Of a stretch of 57,021 nucleotides of DNA, positions 47,217-56,886 are shown one piece after another. Under the pieces are notes generated by a model. The model ran no database searches. It worked only from the letters and a program-made list of their open reading frames with translations, and was not told where the DNA came from. How positions within the stretch are numbered: the stretch's first letter is position 1; each line of letters opens with the position of its first letter. Origin of the DNA: Candidatus Saccharimonadota bacterium (lineage in GTDB: Bacteria; Patescibacteriota; Saccharimonadia; Saccharimonadales; JACDBH01); assembly GCA_013694995.1 (NCBI GenBank), contig JACDBH010000007.1, forward strand, positions 1-57,021, in the 5' to 3' direction. Made by a program: the position numbers and the translations under genes.

Positions 47217-48983
47217 TCACGAATTTGAAAGAAGCAAGCTTGGTGAATTTGTAAGCAGTGCCGGACAAGCCTGTTTTGCCAGCAGTGAGACAAACGCATC
47301 ATCACAATGTGACGTGGTCCCGTCGTCTAGTGGTCCAGGACATCTGGTTCTCATCCAGAAGATCGCGGGTTCGACTCCCGCCGGGATCACCAAAACAGAC
47401 TCAGAGTCATTCTGGGTCTTTTTTGATGCCACAAGTTCTGCCTCTAACACCTTAGCTTGCCTGAAAGGCAGGCCAACTTTTACGGTTCCAAATTTTTGAT
47501 TTGCATTGATGGTCAAACCCTCTGGCAATGCCATATGTTGGAACCGGACTCTGTCATCGTCTTGTGCCACGGACCACATACTAGCAACATTAGCCATAAA
47601 ATTTATAGCTAAGTCTAGGACTCGGTCGGTGCTAACAAATTCTTGCTTAATGTCGGCTAACTCTAACTCAAGACGAGTGCGTTCAATAGCTATCTGGTCA
47701 CGTTCATCTTTGAGTTCGTTGTCAGTAATAGTACCAACTCGGCACATTTCAATATAGTCGTGCTTCTTTTTATCTAATGCAGCTATGTCTGATTCAGCCT
47801 TCTGACGGCGTGCAATCGTTTCTGCATAATCCATATTCCACTTACGTACAACAATCTCCTTGAAAGCACGTAGGGCACCAACGGAGGGCTGGATGCCCTC
47901 CATTAGATTCAAGTAAGCCTTCTGGACCTGTTCACGAGGTAAAGCTAGGTGTTTGTAAGTATCATCACGTACTTTGACACCCTTGCACTTGGTGCAGTGA
48001 TAGTACTCGTAAGTATTGTTTCTGCCACGTGAACGGCTACCAGTTAAGTGACTGCCACAGTACGCACATTTTAGATATCTGCGTAATGGCCAGTGCTCTT
48101 TATTTTTACCGTATGGTCTCAGTACTGGTTTGTCTGAGCCTGTAAGTATTAGCTTGATAGCATCAAACTCCTCGGTAGTTATCAGAGCATTGTGCATATG
48201 TAAGCCGTCTATAGGCTCATCAATGCCTTTACCGGTAATCTTTCCTGCGTACAGGGGATTTCGCAACATTGAATATACCGTACTTTTACCAACCGGCTTA
48301 TCATAGTGCTTACTATATTTTCTTTTACCTTTGACCAACGTGTAGCTACGAGACATTATTTTGTACTTGGTTGTTGCTAGTTCTGCTGCACTATCTTGGT
48401 TGTATAGACCTTTTGCAAAGTCTTTCAGAAACCTTTGTACATTTTTGGCCATTTCATCTGGCTCTACAGTTGGTCGGCCTAAAGTATCTTTAATGTTCCG
48501 ATAGCCTATCGGTGCCAAATGCACCCAGCCACCTTCTTGAAGTCTTGCCATCATTCCTTTAGCAGAGCGTTCTGAACGGAGTGAGTTGTCAAACTCAGCA
48601 AACGATGCCAGTATGTGCTCCATTAACTTCCCAGAAGGCGTATCTTCTAGGACTTCAGTAGCAGAATGTAGCCTAATGCCTAGCTTAATGAATATGTTCG
48701 CTAGGGCAATATGGTCTTCAGTCCGTCTGGCCAATCTATCCAACTTCCAAACGATGACATCGCTAATTTCTTTACGATGTTCGGTGCAATACGCCAACAT
48801 TGCTTTCAACTGCGTCCTATTAGCGGTTTTGGCACTTTCTCCCTCTTCAACATATACTTCTGCAACACTACCCAAATTTGCTTTGGCAGCATAGTCACGG
48901 CAGGCTTTTTCTTGTGTCTCTAGGCTTTTATTCTTCTCAGCCTGCTCAACCGTAGAGACTCTTGTGTAAATTACGACTTTCAT
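47217..48983 (-). CDS. Large serine recombinase (resolvase, recombinase and Zn-ribbon domains); ORF reads through tRNA-Glu on the antisense strand
   Basis: YTRVST catalytic Ser, DRLAR, P.GY, L.NP.Y.G, CAYC...CTKC; C-terminal VIPAGVEP comes from the tRNA. Confidence 0.93.
   Translation of the reverse strand: MKVVIYTRVSTVEQAEKNKSLETQEKACRDYAAKANLGSVAEVYVEEGESAKTANRTQLKAMLAYCTEHRKEISDVIVWKLDRLARRTEDHIALANIFIKLGIRLHSATEVLEDTPSGKLMEHILASFAEFDNSLRSERSAKGMMARLQEGGWVHLAPIGYRNIKDTLGRPTVEPDEMAKNVQRFLKDFAKGLYNQDSAAELATTKYKIMSRSYTLVKGKRKYSKHYDKPVGKSTVYSMLRNPLYAGKITGKGIDEPIDGLHMHNALITTEEFDAIKLILTGSDKPVLRPYGKNKEHWPLRRYLKCAYCGSHLTGSRSRGRNNTYEYYHCTKCKGVKVRDDTYKHLALPREQVQKAYLNLMEGIQPSVGALRAFKEIVVRKWNMDYAETIARRQKAESDIAALDKKKHDYIEMCRVGTITDNELKDERDQIAIERTRLELELADIKQEFVSTDRVLDLAINFMANVASMWSVAQDDDRVRFQHMALPEGLTINANQKFGTVKVGLPFRQAKVLEAELVASKKTQNDSESVLVIPAGVEPAIFWMRTRCPGPLDDGTTSHCDDAFVSLLAKQACPALLTNSPSLLLSNS
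47316..47392 (+). tRNA. tRNA-Glu(CTC); probable integration site
   Basis: GGTCCCG/CGGGATC acceptor stem, TCTGG-TT-CTC-AT-CCAGA, GGTTCGACTCC, 3' ACCA. Confidence 0.96.
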
Positions 48984-49028
48984 TTCTAACTCCTATTATC
49001 TTGCTATTAAAGTTTGCATACAAGTGAC

Positions 49029-49220
49029 CTACGTAGACTTTGGAACCGCTTCCTTGTTGCCTAGCAGCTCTTTCTTGATTTGCTTAATTACTATTTCTGC
49101 CATCAACTCAAGCTGAACAGTGACCGTGCCAACCTCACGGTCCGAATTGCTAGCGTACTCCTTTCCAAGTAGCTTTCGCATTTCATTAGTTGATATGATT
49201 TTGTCCTGCTTATCGTTCAT
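49029..49220 (-). CDS. Small helical protein directly upstream of the serine recombinase (candidate accessory/directionality factor)
   Basis: 63 aa, ATG start, TATAAT 10 nt upstream, same orientation as the recombinase. Confidence 0.65.
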   Translation of the reverse strand: MNDKQDKIISTNEMRKLLGKEYASNSDREVGTVTVQLELMAEIVIKQIKKELLGNKEAVPKST

Positions 49221-49290
49221 AACGCTTGAGATTATAGGCGTTGATAACTATGCTTTCAGGCAACGCCGGAATGATTTTTAGCAGACTAAA

Positions 49291-49341
49291 TTTGATACAG
49301 TTTGATAGAGTTCAAGCTTGCCGGTTTTTTGCCGGTTTTTT
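49291..49341. repeat. Short direct repeats upstream of the recombinase unit
   Basis: TTTGATACAG/TTTGATAGAG (49291-49310) and GCCGGTTTTTT x2 (49320-49341). Confidence 0.55.
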
Positions 49342-50029
49342 ACGTTTTCAATTTTTGCTTAATTTCTTGCCATTCGCTTTGAGTAATTTGAATTGGATTT
49401 GTTAGCTCCAATTCTTTAGTCCCACAACGCTTGAAGAACAGTTTTTTAAGTTGTCTGTCAAAACCAACCTTGCGTACCACTTCGGCTAAGTCCTTAACAT
49501 TTCCTACTGTCTCAAATTCTCGTCTGAGTTCTGTCAACCTAACTAGCGAACCTGGCCTATTATTTATCACATAACCCAATATCAATTCAGGAGGCCTATG
49601 AGAAGTAAATCTATTTAGAAAAACTTTGTCATCGTCAGTAACTAACCACAAGCCTCTACCTTCTTTTGAAAGCCATACAGTTATAAGTTCAGGGGTGTCT
49701 GCGGTCCCTGTGGGTTCGTAGGCCGTTACTACACCATCTACATCACTATAGTTCTTAAACCAAAGGTCCATAGCATTGTAGGCTTTTGTAAATTCGTGAA
49801 GAAATGTAACTTTGTACGAATCGTCATCTAACTTTTCAAGTTCAATATAATTCTGTCCAGCAAACTGTTTTAACAGTCTTGACTGAATCAACTTACTTGG
49901 TGCATTGTTTTCTCGTAAATAAAACACTGTGCTTAGCTCTGATGGGTCAGAGACCAAGAACTCAGCCTTGAGCACTTTCAGTATCCACCACTTATCTAGA
50001 TGATATTGGTCTTCTGGTGTAACTTGCAT
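49340..50029 (-). CDS. Hypothetical protein, possibly with winged-helix domain(s)
   Basis: 229 aa, ATG with TATAAT 6 nt upstream; helix/wing pattern judged by eye only. Confidence 0.7.
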   Translation of the reverse strand: MQVTPEDQYHLDKWWILKVLKAEFLVSDPSELSTVFYLRENNAPSKLIQSRLLKQFAGQNYIELEKLDDDSYKVTFLHEFTKAYNAMDLWFKNYSDVDGVVTAYEPTGTADTPELITVWLSKEGRGLWLVTDDDKVFLNRFTSHRPPELILGYVINNRPGSLVRLTELRREFETVGNVKDLAEVVRKVGFDRQLKKLFFKRCGTKELELTNPIQITQSEWQEIKQKLKT

Positions 50030-50072
50030 ACCTAAATTATAGGCTTAGTCTTGCAAACTATGAAAAACTCTT

Positions 50073-52763
50073 TTACTTTTCTTCAAAAACTCTGATGACT
50101 TCATCAAAGCTCTTTAGTCGGTCCTTATTCCATTCTGTCTGCTTAACGTAGAGTGCCTTGTAGGTCATCTTGCTCTGTCTGCTGTTAACATCTTCGCACC
50201 ATTTTTTAAGACGTTCAAATTTGAGCTTAGCGTCATCATCTTCACGCCCTTTAGTCTCAATAATAAATACAGTCTTCGGGTTAGTTTTTACGAAGAAGTC
50301 TGGATAATAAACTGCTATAAAGCCTTCTGAGTTTTTATATTCAATTCGTAAAGCACTCGCTTCTTTATTCTGGAAGTTTTTAGAGAAAGAAACAACATCA
50401 TCACAGCCCTCAAGAAAATCAGAAAATTCCAATTCAAAATCACTGTCACCAACGATTTTATTGAACACAGACTTTTTGGGTAAAAGGTATGACTTGTCGT
50501 TGACGACAAAAGGACGTGACTCACTTATTTTTATGTAATTCTTTATCTCGGTATCACCACTATCCTGGACTGTAAGTTCGTTTATAGCTTTCTTGAACGA
50601 CTCTTTAATTAGTTTTATATACTCAATTTCAGATAGGTTTCTTAGGGTATTCAAATTAGTTAGCTCAACATCAGTATCAAACATATTGTTTTGTACGAAC
50701 TGCTTAACTTTCCCAAAGAGTATGTCGTAGCAGCCAAAGAGTCTTAGCTCTCGCATTATGGCTTGAGCAAAGAATCCTATAACGCTTTGATAGTCAGGGT
50801 TAAGTTCACCACTAAGAACCGTAGTATGGTGAGTAGTTTCACCAACAACGTCCTTGAAAACTATCTCTCTTTTTTCTTCTTCACTAAAAGTTTTGATGGT
50901 GACTTTTTTATTTCCGAATTTAGCTACATCAAGCTCAGCTAAGTTTTTATACTCACGTTGAATCCTTGGGGTCATCACAGGAATCTCAATATCCAGTTTC
51001 TCTATGTCTTTCTTTGGATTATCCCTATCTACTTCTATGACGGTTGGTGCTATAGGTTTCGCACCTGTACCCATAGCTTTCTTCTCAAGAATCACACCCT
51101 CACCCTTGATTGATTCAACAAATTCCATAAACGCAGGCGTTCCGATAACACTCACATATTCCTCAACGTCATCATTACCAAAGAACATTCTACGAAGTCC
51201 ACGTCCTAGAGTTTGCTCTGGCAATATCTTTGAATCAGCAGCATAAGGCCTTAGGCCAACGATAGTAGTAACATTCTTTACGTCCCAACCTTCTTTTAAC
51301 ATCATAACTGAAACAATAACCTTAAACGGACTTTCCCAGCTATCAATCTCATTTGCTTGTTTTCTAAGTAGTTCTAACTCTTCTTTGTTCCTACCGCTAG
51401 TAGTTTCTGATATGTCACCACTTTTGTTCGTGTGAATAGTTAGAACGGCGTTACTTAGGTCTTTGTAGCTTGTCTTAATGTACTCGGCAACTTCATCACA
51501 GTTTTTAGTATCATCGGTCATTATGAACAGGATTGATTTCTTGCCCATAGGCTCTAAAGCGACATAAGTTTTTCGCCATTCTTCAATGCCCAGATTTATA
51601 AAGTCTCTATATTTTTCACTGAACAAAGCACTTTGATTCTCTCTAAGTTTTCCTCTACTGGCAGCATCTGGTACAACTGGGTTCTTAACAATTCTTTGGT
51701 GGATTGCTTCAACTAAGGGGTAGTCAGAAATTGTTTGTACAAATATAGAACCGTCACGCTTCTTTGGCGTTGCGGTTACGTCAAGCTGCAATGCAAGCCC
51801 AGAACCTTTTTGCTTTAATTGATTGTCAATATCCTGGATTGATTTCGCCCAGGCCAACTTCTCGTCCCATATGTGATGTGCCTCGTCATTTATAACTATG
51901 AGCTCATCAATATCTCTAACAATCATTCCCAAATCAACACTAGAATCACTAGTTTTAGTTACTGGTTTATCGCCCAAGAAGTAAGTTGTTGAATCCTCGT
52001 CATCAGGACTGGGTGTTTTAACGTTTCCCTCAAAGACTCTGTGTATATTCGTTAAGAAAATGTTGCCTGTGTCTGAAACTTTCCGTAGTTCATCTTGCAG
52101 GTGTAGGGTTAACTGAAAGTCATCTTGCCAGTTTTGGCCCATATAACCATTTTCAGGTAATACGGGGTCTTGTGAGAATATCTTGAGTCCCTCAAAGTCA
52201 TTCTTAATTCGCTCAAAAACAATTACATTAGGAGTGATGAGTAAAAAGTTCTTTGCAAGCAAGGAACCATCTTCATACTTTTTATGAAAGTAAGCCCAAG
52301 CTAACACAAGACTCATAACTTTAGTCTTGCCAGCACCTGTCGCCATTTTTATTACAAAACGCAGCCATTCCTCAGGGAACATACCTGCACTCAGGACGCC
52401 TGTAGAGTTATAACGTATCAAATCATACTTATCTTTGACTTGTGCAACCTCATAGAGCCACACAACGGTCTCTAAGGCCTCACGTTGTGCAAAGTAGTAG
52501 CGAAAGTTATAAGAGCTGCCATCTGGATTGTATTGGACGTGTTCTTCCTTGAACCACCATTTCAATAATGCGACAGAAGTTTCTGTTGCACCTTTATAGC
52601 CATCGCTTCGCCAATCCTTAACCTTTTTTCGTAAATCAGCAACCAAAGGAGGCAAGAGCTTTTCGTGGCCTTTGTCTCGCAGGTCCTCATCAGCAGGAAA
52701 CCATCTAATACTGGGGTCTAATATTGCGTAAGGGTCTCTAGGAAAGTCTTTATGCAGGGCCAT
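50073..52763 (-). CDS. res: Type III restriction enzyme Res subunit
   Basis: QREALE, MATGAGKT, DEAHH, TATP, EGWD, Q.LGRGLR, C-terminal YPDF...IETKG; start moved to ATG 52763. Confidence 0.93.
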   Translation of the reverse strand: MALHKDFPRDPYAILDPSIRWFPADEDLRDKGHEKLLPPLVADLRKKVKDWRSDGYKGATETSVALLKWWFKEEHVQYNPDGSSYNFRYYFAQREALETVVWLYEVAQVKDKYDLIRYNSTGVLSAGMFPEEWLRFVIKMATGAGKTKVMSLVLAWAYFHKKYEDGSLLAKNFLLITPNVIVFERIKNDFEGLKIFSQDPVLPENGYMGQNWQDDFQLTLHLQDELRKVSDTGNIFLTNIHRVFEGNVKTPSPDDEDSTTYFLGDKPVTKTSDSSVDLGMIVRDIDELIVINDEAHHIWDEKLAWAKSIQDIDNQLKQKGSGLALQLDVTATPKKRDGSIFVQTISDYPLVEAIHQRIVKNPVVPDAASRGKLRENQSALFSEKYRDFINLGIEEWRKTYVALEPMGKKSILFIMTDDTKNCDEVAEYIKTSYKDLSNAVLTIHTNKSGDISETTSGRNKEELELLRKQANEIDSWESPFKVIVSVMMLKEGWDVKNVTTIVGLRPYAADSKILPEQTLGRGLRRMFFGNDDVEEYVSVIGTPAFMEFVESIKGEGVILEKKAMGTGAKPIAPTVIEVDRDNPKKDIEKLDIEIPVMTPRIQREYKNLAELDVAKFGNKKVTIKTFSEEEKREIVFKDVVGETTHHTTVLSGELNPDYQSVIGFFAQAIMRELRLFGCYDILFGKVKQFVQNNMFDTDVELTNLNTLRNLSEIEYIKLIKESFKKAINELTVQDSGDTEIKNYIKISESRPFVVNDKSYLLPKKSVFNKIVGDSDFELEFSDFLEGCDDVVSFSKNFQNKEASALRIEYKNSEGFIAVYYPDFFVKTNPKTVFIIETKGREDDDAKLKFERLKKWCEDVNSRQSKMTYKALYVKQTEWNKDRLKSFDEVIRVFEEK

Positions 52764-52764
52764 A

Positions 52765-54885
52765 TTAAACTTCCACTTCAATAACTTTTGTCGTGTCGTT
52801 ACCAAAGATATCTACAACCTTAATCGCTACTTTGTGCTTTCCTTTGGATATTTCCCTAGCAGCAGAAGTTAATTCAAGATTGCGATTCTTCTTTGTCCTA
52901 AAGCTCTGCCATTCATTGTCAAAAACGTAGTCGCCAGTCCAAACTTCTTTTTCTTCATCACCGTCAAGAACGGTTATAACTTCTTTTCTGTCAGCAAAAT
53001 CAAAATCAACAGCCCAGTAATCTATCCAGTCACTCCATTTTTTCGTAAGCACATCTTTTGTGACGATATCACTCTCTTTGTCCTTGGACACTTTTATTAC
53101 TTGTCCGTCTTCAACAATGACTTTATTGCCACCTGGTCGGAGTGCTTCTGACACTTCACCTGAGTCATCTTGATTATAGGAAACGGAAAAATCAGTCAAT
53201 TCAATAGTCAGTTCTTTGTTGTTTATAGGACCTTTGACAGACGACTTAGCTTCTATAAATGCAACATCGTAGAACTTAACGTGACCTCTTTCCACGGCTT
53301 TTTTATCAAATACCTCTCTGGGTATTACCTTGAAGGCGATATCAATCCCTTGACTTGTGTACTCTTGAAAGTCCAAGCCCATCTCGTAGTCAAATCCAAG
53401 AATATCAACTTTTGTAATTCCTTTATCCCTACATTCACTTACGATATCGTGTACTTGCTTTGACGATACCGGCGTTGATATAGGACCTACCGCCACAAGC
53501 CTGTCTCGTTTCTTGCCAACAACACTAGCAAATGATTCAACAGGCTCAGCTTTGTATGCCGTCAGTATGAGTTTTACAAACTCATCTTCTTTGCGTTTAG
53601 CTTGTTTGGCTTTTTCTTCTGCCCTAAGGTCATCATTTACCTCAACGTAATTATCACGTTCGTATTTACCTACATTGAGTATTTCAAACGCTCTAAAATC
53701 TTTACCTTCTTTTTTTATTTTTCTCTGGACGTCAATCATTCTTTTGCGAGAAGTGTGAATACTAAACTTACCTAAATCCGAGCCAATCCATTTACGTCCC
53801 AGTTTTTCCGCAACCGCTAGGGTTGACCCCGAACCTACAAAAAAATCTGCAACTAAGTCACCCTCGTTTGAGGACGCCTGTAGTATTCTCTCAATCAGTG
53901 CTTCGGGTTTTTGAGTTGGGTAATCTACTCTTTCTTGAGCAACTGGATTCACTGGCGGTATATCGTCCCAAACAGAATCAACAATGTCTCCCCCTACGTC
54001 ATCTAGGTAGATTATTCTCTTGCCCCCTCTGGTAGGATTCACATCGTCACGATAAAGTCTGCCATTTTCGTCCTTTTTCCAGCGTTTTAGATATTCAGCA
54101 CTGTGGGCTTTATACTGGGTATTCCAAATGTAGTTTGATTTGTTTTTGCAATAAGATAAGATAGTGTCGTGTTTTTGAGGAAACTTTTTTGTTGTTGACC
54201 TCTTAAAGGCAAAATAGCTCCACGATATTTCATTTAAGAAGTTACTTTTACCAAAAACATCGTCCAAGACTAGTCTTAGATAACTATTTACACGCCAGTC
54301 GCAGTGAACGTAGATGCTGCCATCATCTGCAAGTAAATCGTACATAAGTTTTAACCGCTCATAAATCATTGCAATAAAGCTATCTGCACCCTTACCCCAA
54401 GTGTCCCTATATGCAATTTCTTCAATCACTGATGGCTTCTTGGTGAAACTTTCTTCTTCATCTCCTTCACCAATCTTTAACTCCATAGAAAAATCAGCAC
54501 CAACGTCAAAAGGCGGGTCTATATAGATTAGTTTTAAGCCACCTTGAGCTTCAATTTCTTTCCGCATAGGACCATTTTTAAGAGAAGATAAGATTAGCTT
54601 ATTATCTCCCCATATGAGCTTGTTGGTCCAGCCAGTTATCTGTCGGCCTGTATCATCAAAGAGAGTTGACTGTAATCCAATTCTGTCATCACTACGTGGC
54701 TCGTCTATCTGCTCAATTACCTGAAATGGCAACACGGTGTTTGTAACTTCATTTGTTTTGCCATTCCATAAAAGTTCAACTTCACGGTCATCATCAAACA
54801 GCAAGAAACGATATTTCTCCGGTAGAGGTTTTCCAGCCTCAAGGTATTTGATTACGTCTCTTTTTTCGTTATCACTTAAAATCAT
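52765..54885 (-). CDS. mod: Type III R-M Mod subunit (N6-adenine DNA methyltransferase)
   Basis: IYIDPPF, YPTQKPE.L..RI, DFFVGSGST; directly upstream of res; start moved to ATG 54885. Confidence 0.93.
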   Translation of the reverse strand: MILSDNEKRDVIKYLEAGKPLPEKYRFLLFDDDREVELLWNGKTNEVTNTVLPFQVIEQIDEPRSDDRIGLQSTLFDDTGRQITGWTNKLIWGDNKLILSSLKNGPMRKEIEAQGGLKLIYIDPPFDVGADFSMELKIGEGDEEESFTKKPSVIEEIAYRDTWGKGADSFIAMIYERLKLMYDLLADDGSIYVHCDWRVNSYLRLVLDDVFGKSNFLNEISWSYFAFKRSTTKKFPQKHDTILSYCKNKSNYIWNTQYKAHSAEYLKRWKKDENGRLYRDDVNPTRGGKRIIYLDDVGGDIVDSVWDDIPPVNPVAQERVDYPTQKPEALIERILQASSNEGDLVADFFVGSGSTLAVAEKLGRKWIGSDLGKFSIHTSRKRMIDVQRKIKKEGKDFRAFEILNVGKYERDNYVEVNDDLRAEEKAKQAKRKEDEFVKLILTAYKAEPVESFASVVGKKRDRLVAVGPISTPVSSKQVHDIVSECRDKGITKVDILGFDYEMGLDFQEYTSQGIDIAFKVIPREVFDKKAVERGHVKFYDVAFIEAKSSVKGPINNKELTIELTDFSVSYNQDDSGEVSEALRPGGNKVIVEDGQVIKVSKDKESDIVTKDVLTKKWSDWIDYWAVDFDFADRKEVITVLDGDEEKEVWTGDYVFDNEWQSFRTKKNRNLELTSAAREISKGKHKVAIKVVDIFGNDTTKVIEVEV

Positions 54886-55101
54886 ATGTCTATATTCTAA
54901 CCTCTTATACAGGGTAATCCCAACATAATTATTAAACATCGCCTAATTTAAGCAATTCCCTGGGAAATCCCTAGCCTTAATTAAGCAGAGCCTATCATTT
55001 TCCTACAGCATAGAACAAAAAGCGGTACAAATGCTTAATTTTTTAAGGTGTAAAGTTAGTGCTTGTAATTATAGTTATTGGCAGTAAGAGTTAGGGCAAA
55101 C

Positions 55102-55138
55102 CCTACCTTATTCCTACCTTATTCCTACCTTATTCCTA
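55102..55138. repeat. 11-bp tandem repeat, about 3.4 copies
   Basis: CCTACCTTATT at 55102, 55113 and 55124 plus a partial copy; related CCCTACCTTTTCCCTA near 55186. Confidence 0.85.
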
Positions 55139-55215
55139 ACAAAGTTAGCCCAAAACCCCACAGAATACTAAAAACCTGCAACTTTCCCTACCTTTTCCCT
55201 AAATCACCCTAGTGC

Positions 55216-56109
55216 CTAGAAGTTGATACCTGCAAATGCTGCAGCCACTTTATCTAGAGTATAATCCTGCCTGTTGCGATTATCGTACACACGTAACATC
55301 TCTACACTTCGGTGGCGTGTGTAATGTGCTACATCTAATAAGTGCCCAGGCATAATCTTTAGGAGCTGACTGGTGTAATAATGGCGTGTCCCGTGAGCAG
55401 TCTTGTGGATATGCAACTTCTTAAATATGACCATTACAATTTCACGAAGTCCACGAGTAGATAACCTTTGACCCATTCGGCTGTGGCTGTTGCTTCTAAA
55501 TAACGCACCCTCTTTTGTTTCATTGCTCCGTAGATACTGCCGAAGGTATGTAATTGTCTGAGGCATTAGCAGAATTGGTTCTTTATCATCTTGGCCTTTA
55601 CCCAATACGGACAGTATTTCGTTATCAAGGTCTAAATCCTCAACATCTAATCTACACACTTCTACCAGTCGCAGTCCTTGTAGCAGAAGTAGGCTAAAGA
55701 TTGCTTTTAGCCTGTCGTTCTCAGGTGTATCTGGCAGTTCAGACAGCCAAGTGGCAAGCCTTTTGGCCTCGGCATCATTTAAGCCACGTTTCTTGTGCTT
55801 CTTACTTTGCTTGAAAGCCTTAACATTGTGCGTAATGTCTGTTGGTATTAAGCCTTGTCGGTGCAGTTCTTTTAGGAACACTCTAGCCACTATCAGATGC
55901 TTGTTTTTAGTTGAAACAGACCAAGTCATAGCTCGCAGATGCTTTTTGTAATCCAGATAGGTATTTGTAGTGAAACCGTGGAGGTTTACGAAAGACACGA
56001 ATAGAGGCAGACGGTAGCAATAATCTATTCTGGTGCTTTCGGCTACGTCCAAGTTATCAAAGACAGCATTGTAATCTTTGGGGATTATCGGTTGTACTAG
56101 AGTGTTCAT
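55216..56109 (-). CDS. Tyrosine recombinase/integrase
   Basis: GLRLVE (R), GKG (K), HGTRH, RH, RVYD (Y); start moved to ATG 56109, an ATGA overlap with the upstream gene. Confidence 0.92.
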   Translation of the reverse strand: MNTLVQPIIPKDYNAVFDNLDVAESTRIDYCYRLPLFVSFVNLHGFTTNTYLDYKKHLRAMTWSVSTKNKHLIVARVFLKELHRQGLIPTDITHNVKAFKQSKKHKKRGLNDAEAKRLATWLSELPDTPENDRLKAIFSLLLLQGLRLVEVCRLDVEDLDLDNEILSVLGKGQDDKEPILLMPQTITYLRQYLRSNETKEGALFRSNSHSRMGQRLSTRGLREIVMVIFKKLHIHKTAHGTRHYYTSQLLKIMPGHLLDVAHYTRHRSVEMLRVYDNRNRQDYTLDKVAAAFAGINF

Positions 56110-56732
56110 AGATGACCTTCTAATTTCTTCCACTTATCAAGGTATTTGTCGGTTTTCTTTGATGCAGGGGTTACATAAGACCATATCTCATACCATTTCT
56201 TGGCTCGCTCCGCTTTTTCTTCGTCTGTGCCTTGCTCCCAACGACCGTGTATCGTTTTGCCTCTAGCAGTGTGAACGTCTACGGCAACTTCGGGTATTTC
56301 TAGGCGTTTACCCTCCTTAAACTCCTTTATAACTAGGTTGGCGAGGGTATCTACCTCACGTAGCTTTTCAGAGGAGCAAAGGTACATTACAGCTTGAAAG
56401 ATAAACAGTGAACCATTTCCACCCAATCGGGTCTTACTATCTATGGTTGCTTCATAGTTCTGTCTGAGGGCATTAACAATTACGACTGCCATCGGGTTAG
56501 CATTACCGACATCTTCTGAGGCGATTATCATCAATCTACGCCAGACGTATTTGTAATAACCGCTATCGTGTAGCACGTAAGCCCACCAGCAGGCTTCATA
56601 CTCTTTATTTCGGCGTATCATCTTCTGCAATGCAGAGGTTGCCTCGTCAAAGCTATATTCGCCAATCAGCCGAAGCTCGTACCCTCCACGATACGATGAT
56701 TTCGCATTGCCAGATTTTGCATCTTTTGCCAT
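56106..56732 (-). CDS. Stand-alone RarA/MgsA C-terminal-like protein with no AAA+ ATPase domain
   Basis: SALQKMIRR, YVWRRLMIIASEDVGNANP.A, A..YL....K, IPEVAVDVHT; no Walker A/B. Confidence 0.75.
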   Translation of the reverse strand: MAKDAKSGNAKSSYRGGYELRLIGEYSFDEATSALQKMIRRNKEYEACWWAYVLHDSGYYKYVWRRLMIIASEDVGNANPMAVVIVNALRQNYEATIDSKTRLGGNGSLFIFQAVMYLCSSEKLREVDTLANLVIKEFKEGKRLEIPEVAVDVHTARGKTIHGRWEQGTDEEKAERAKKWYEIWSYVTPASKKTDKYLDKWKKLEGHL

Positions 56733-56886
56733 AATTTTTGCCCCCAAATTGTTAAAGTAATGTGTTTATATTATAGCAAATGACCCCTGTTAAATCAATA
56801 TTAATTATATGAATTCTAAAATCTGTCAATAGCTCAAAATTGCTCCACTTATGTGTCTCTGTTTTACCATAAAAGCGGAGGTAAAT

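Noticed and set aside
47258-47757. Plus-strand ORFs across tRNA-Glu and the recombinase
   Set aside because: tRNA translation and antisense shadows
55102-55138. Tandem repeat considered as a CRISPR array
   Set aside because: 11-bp units with no spacers and no cas genes
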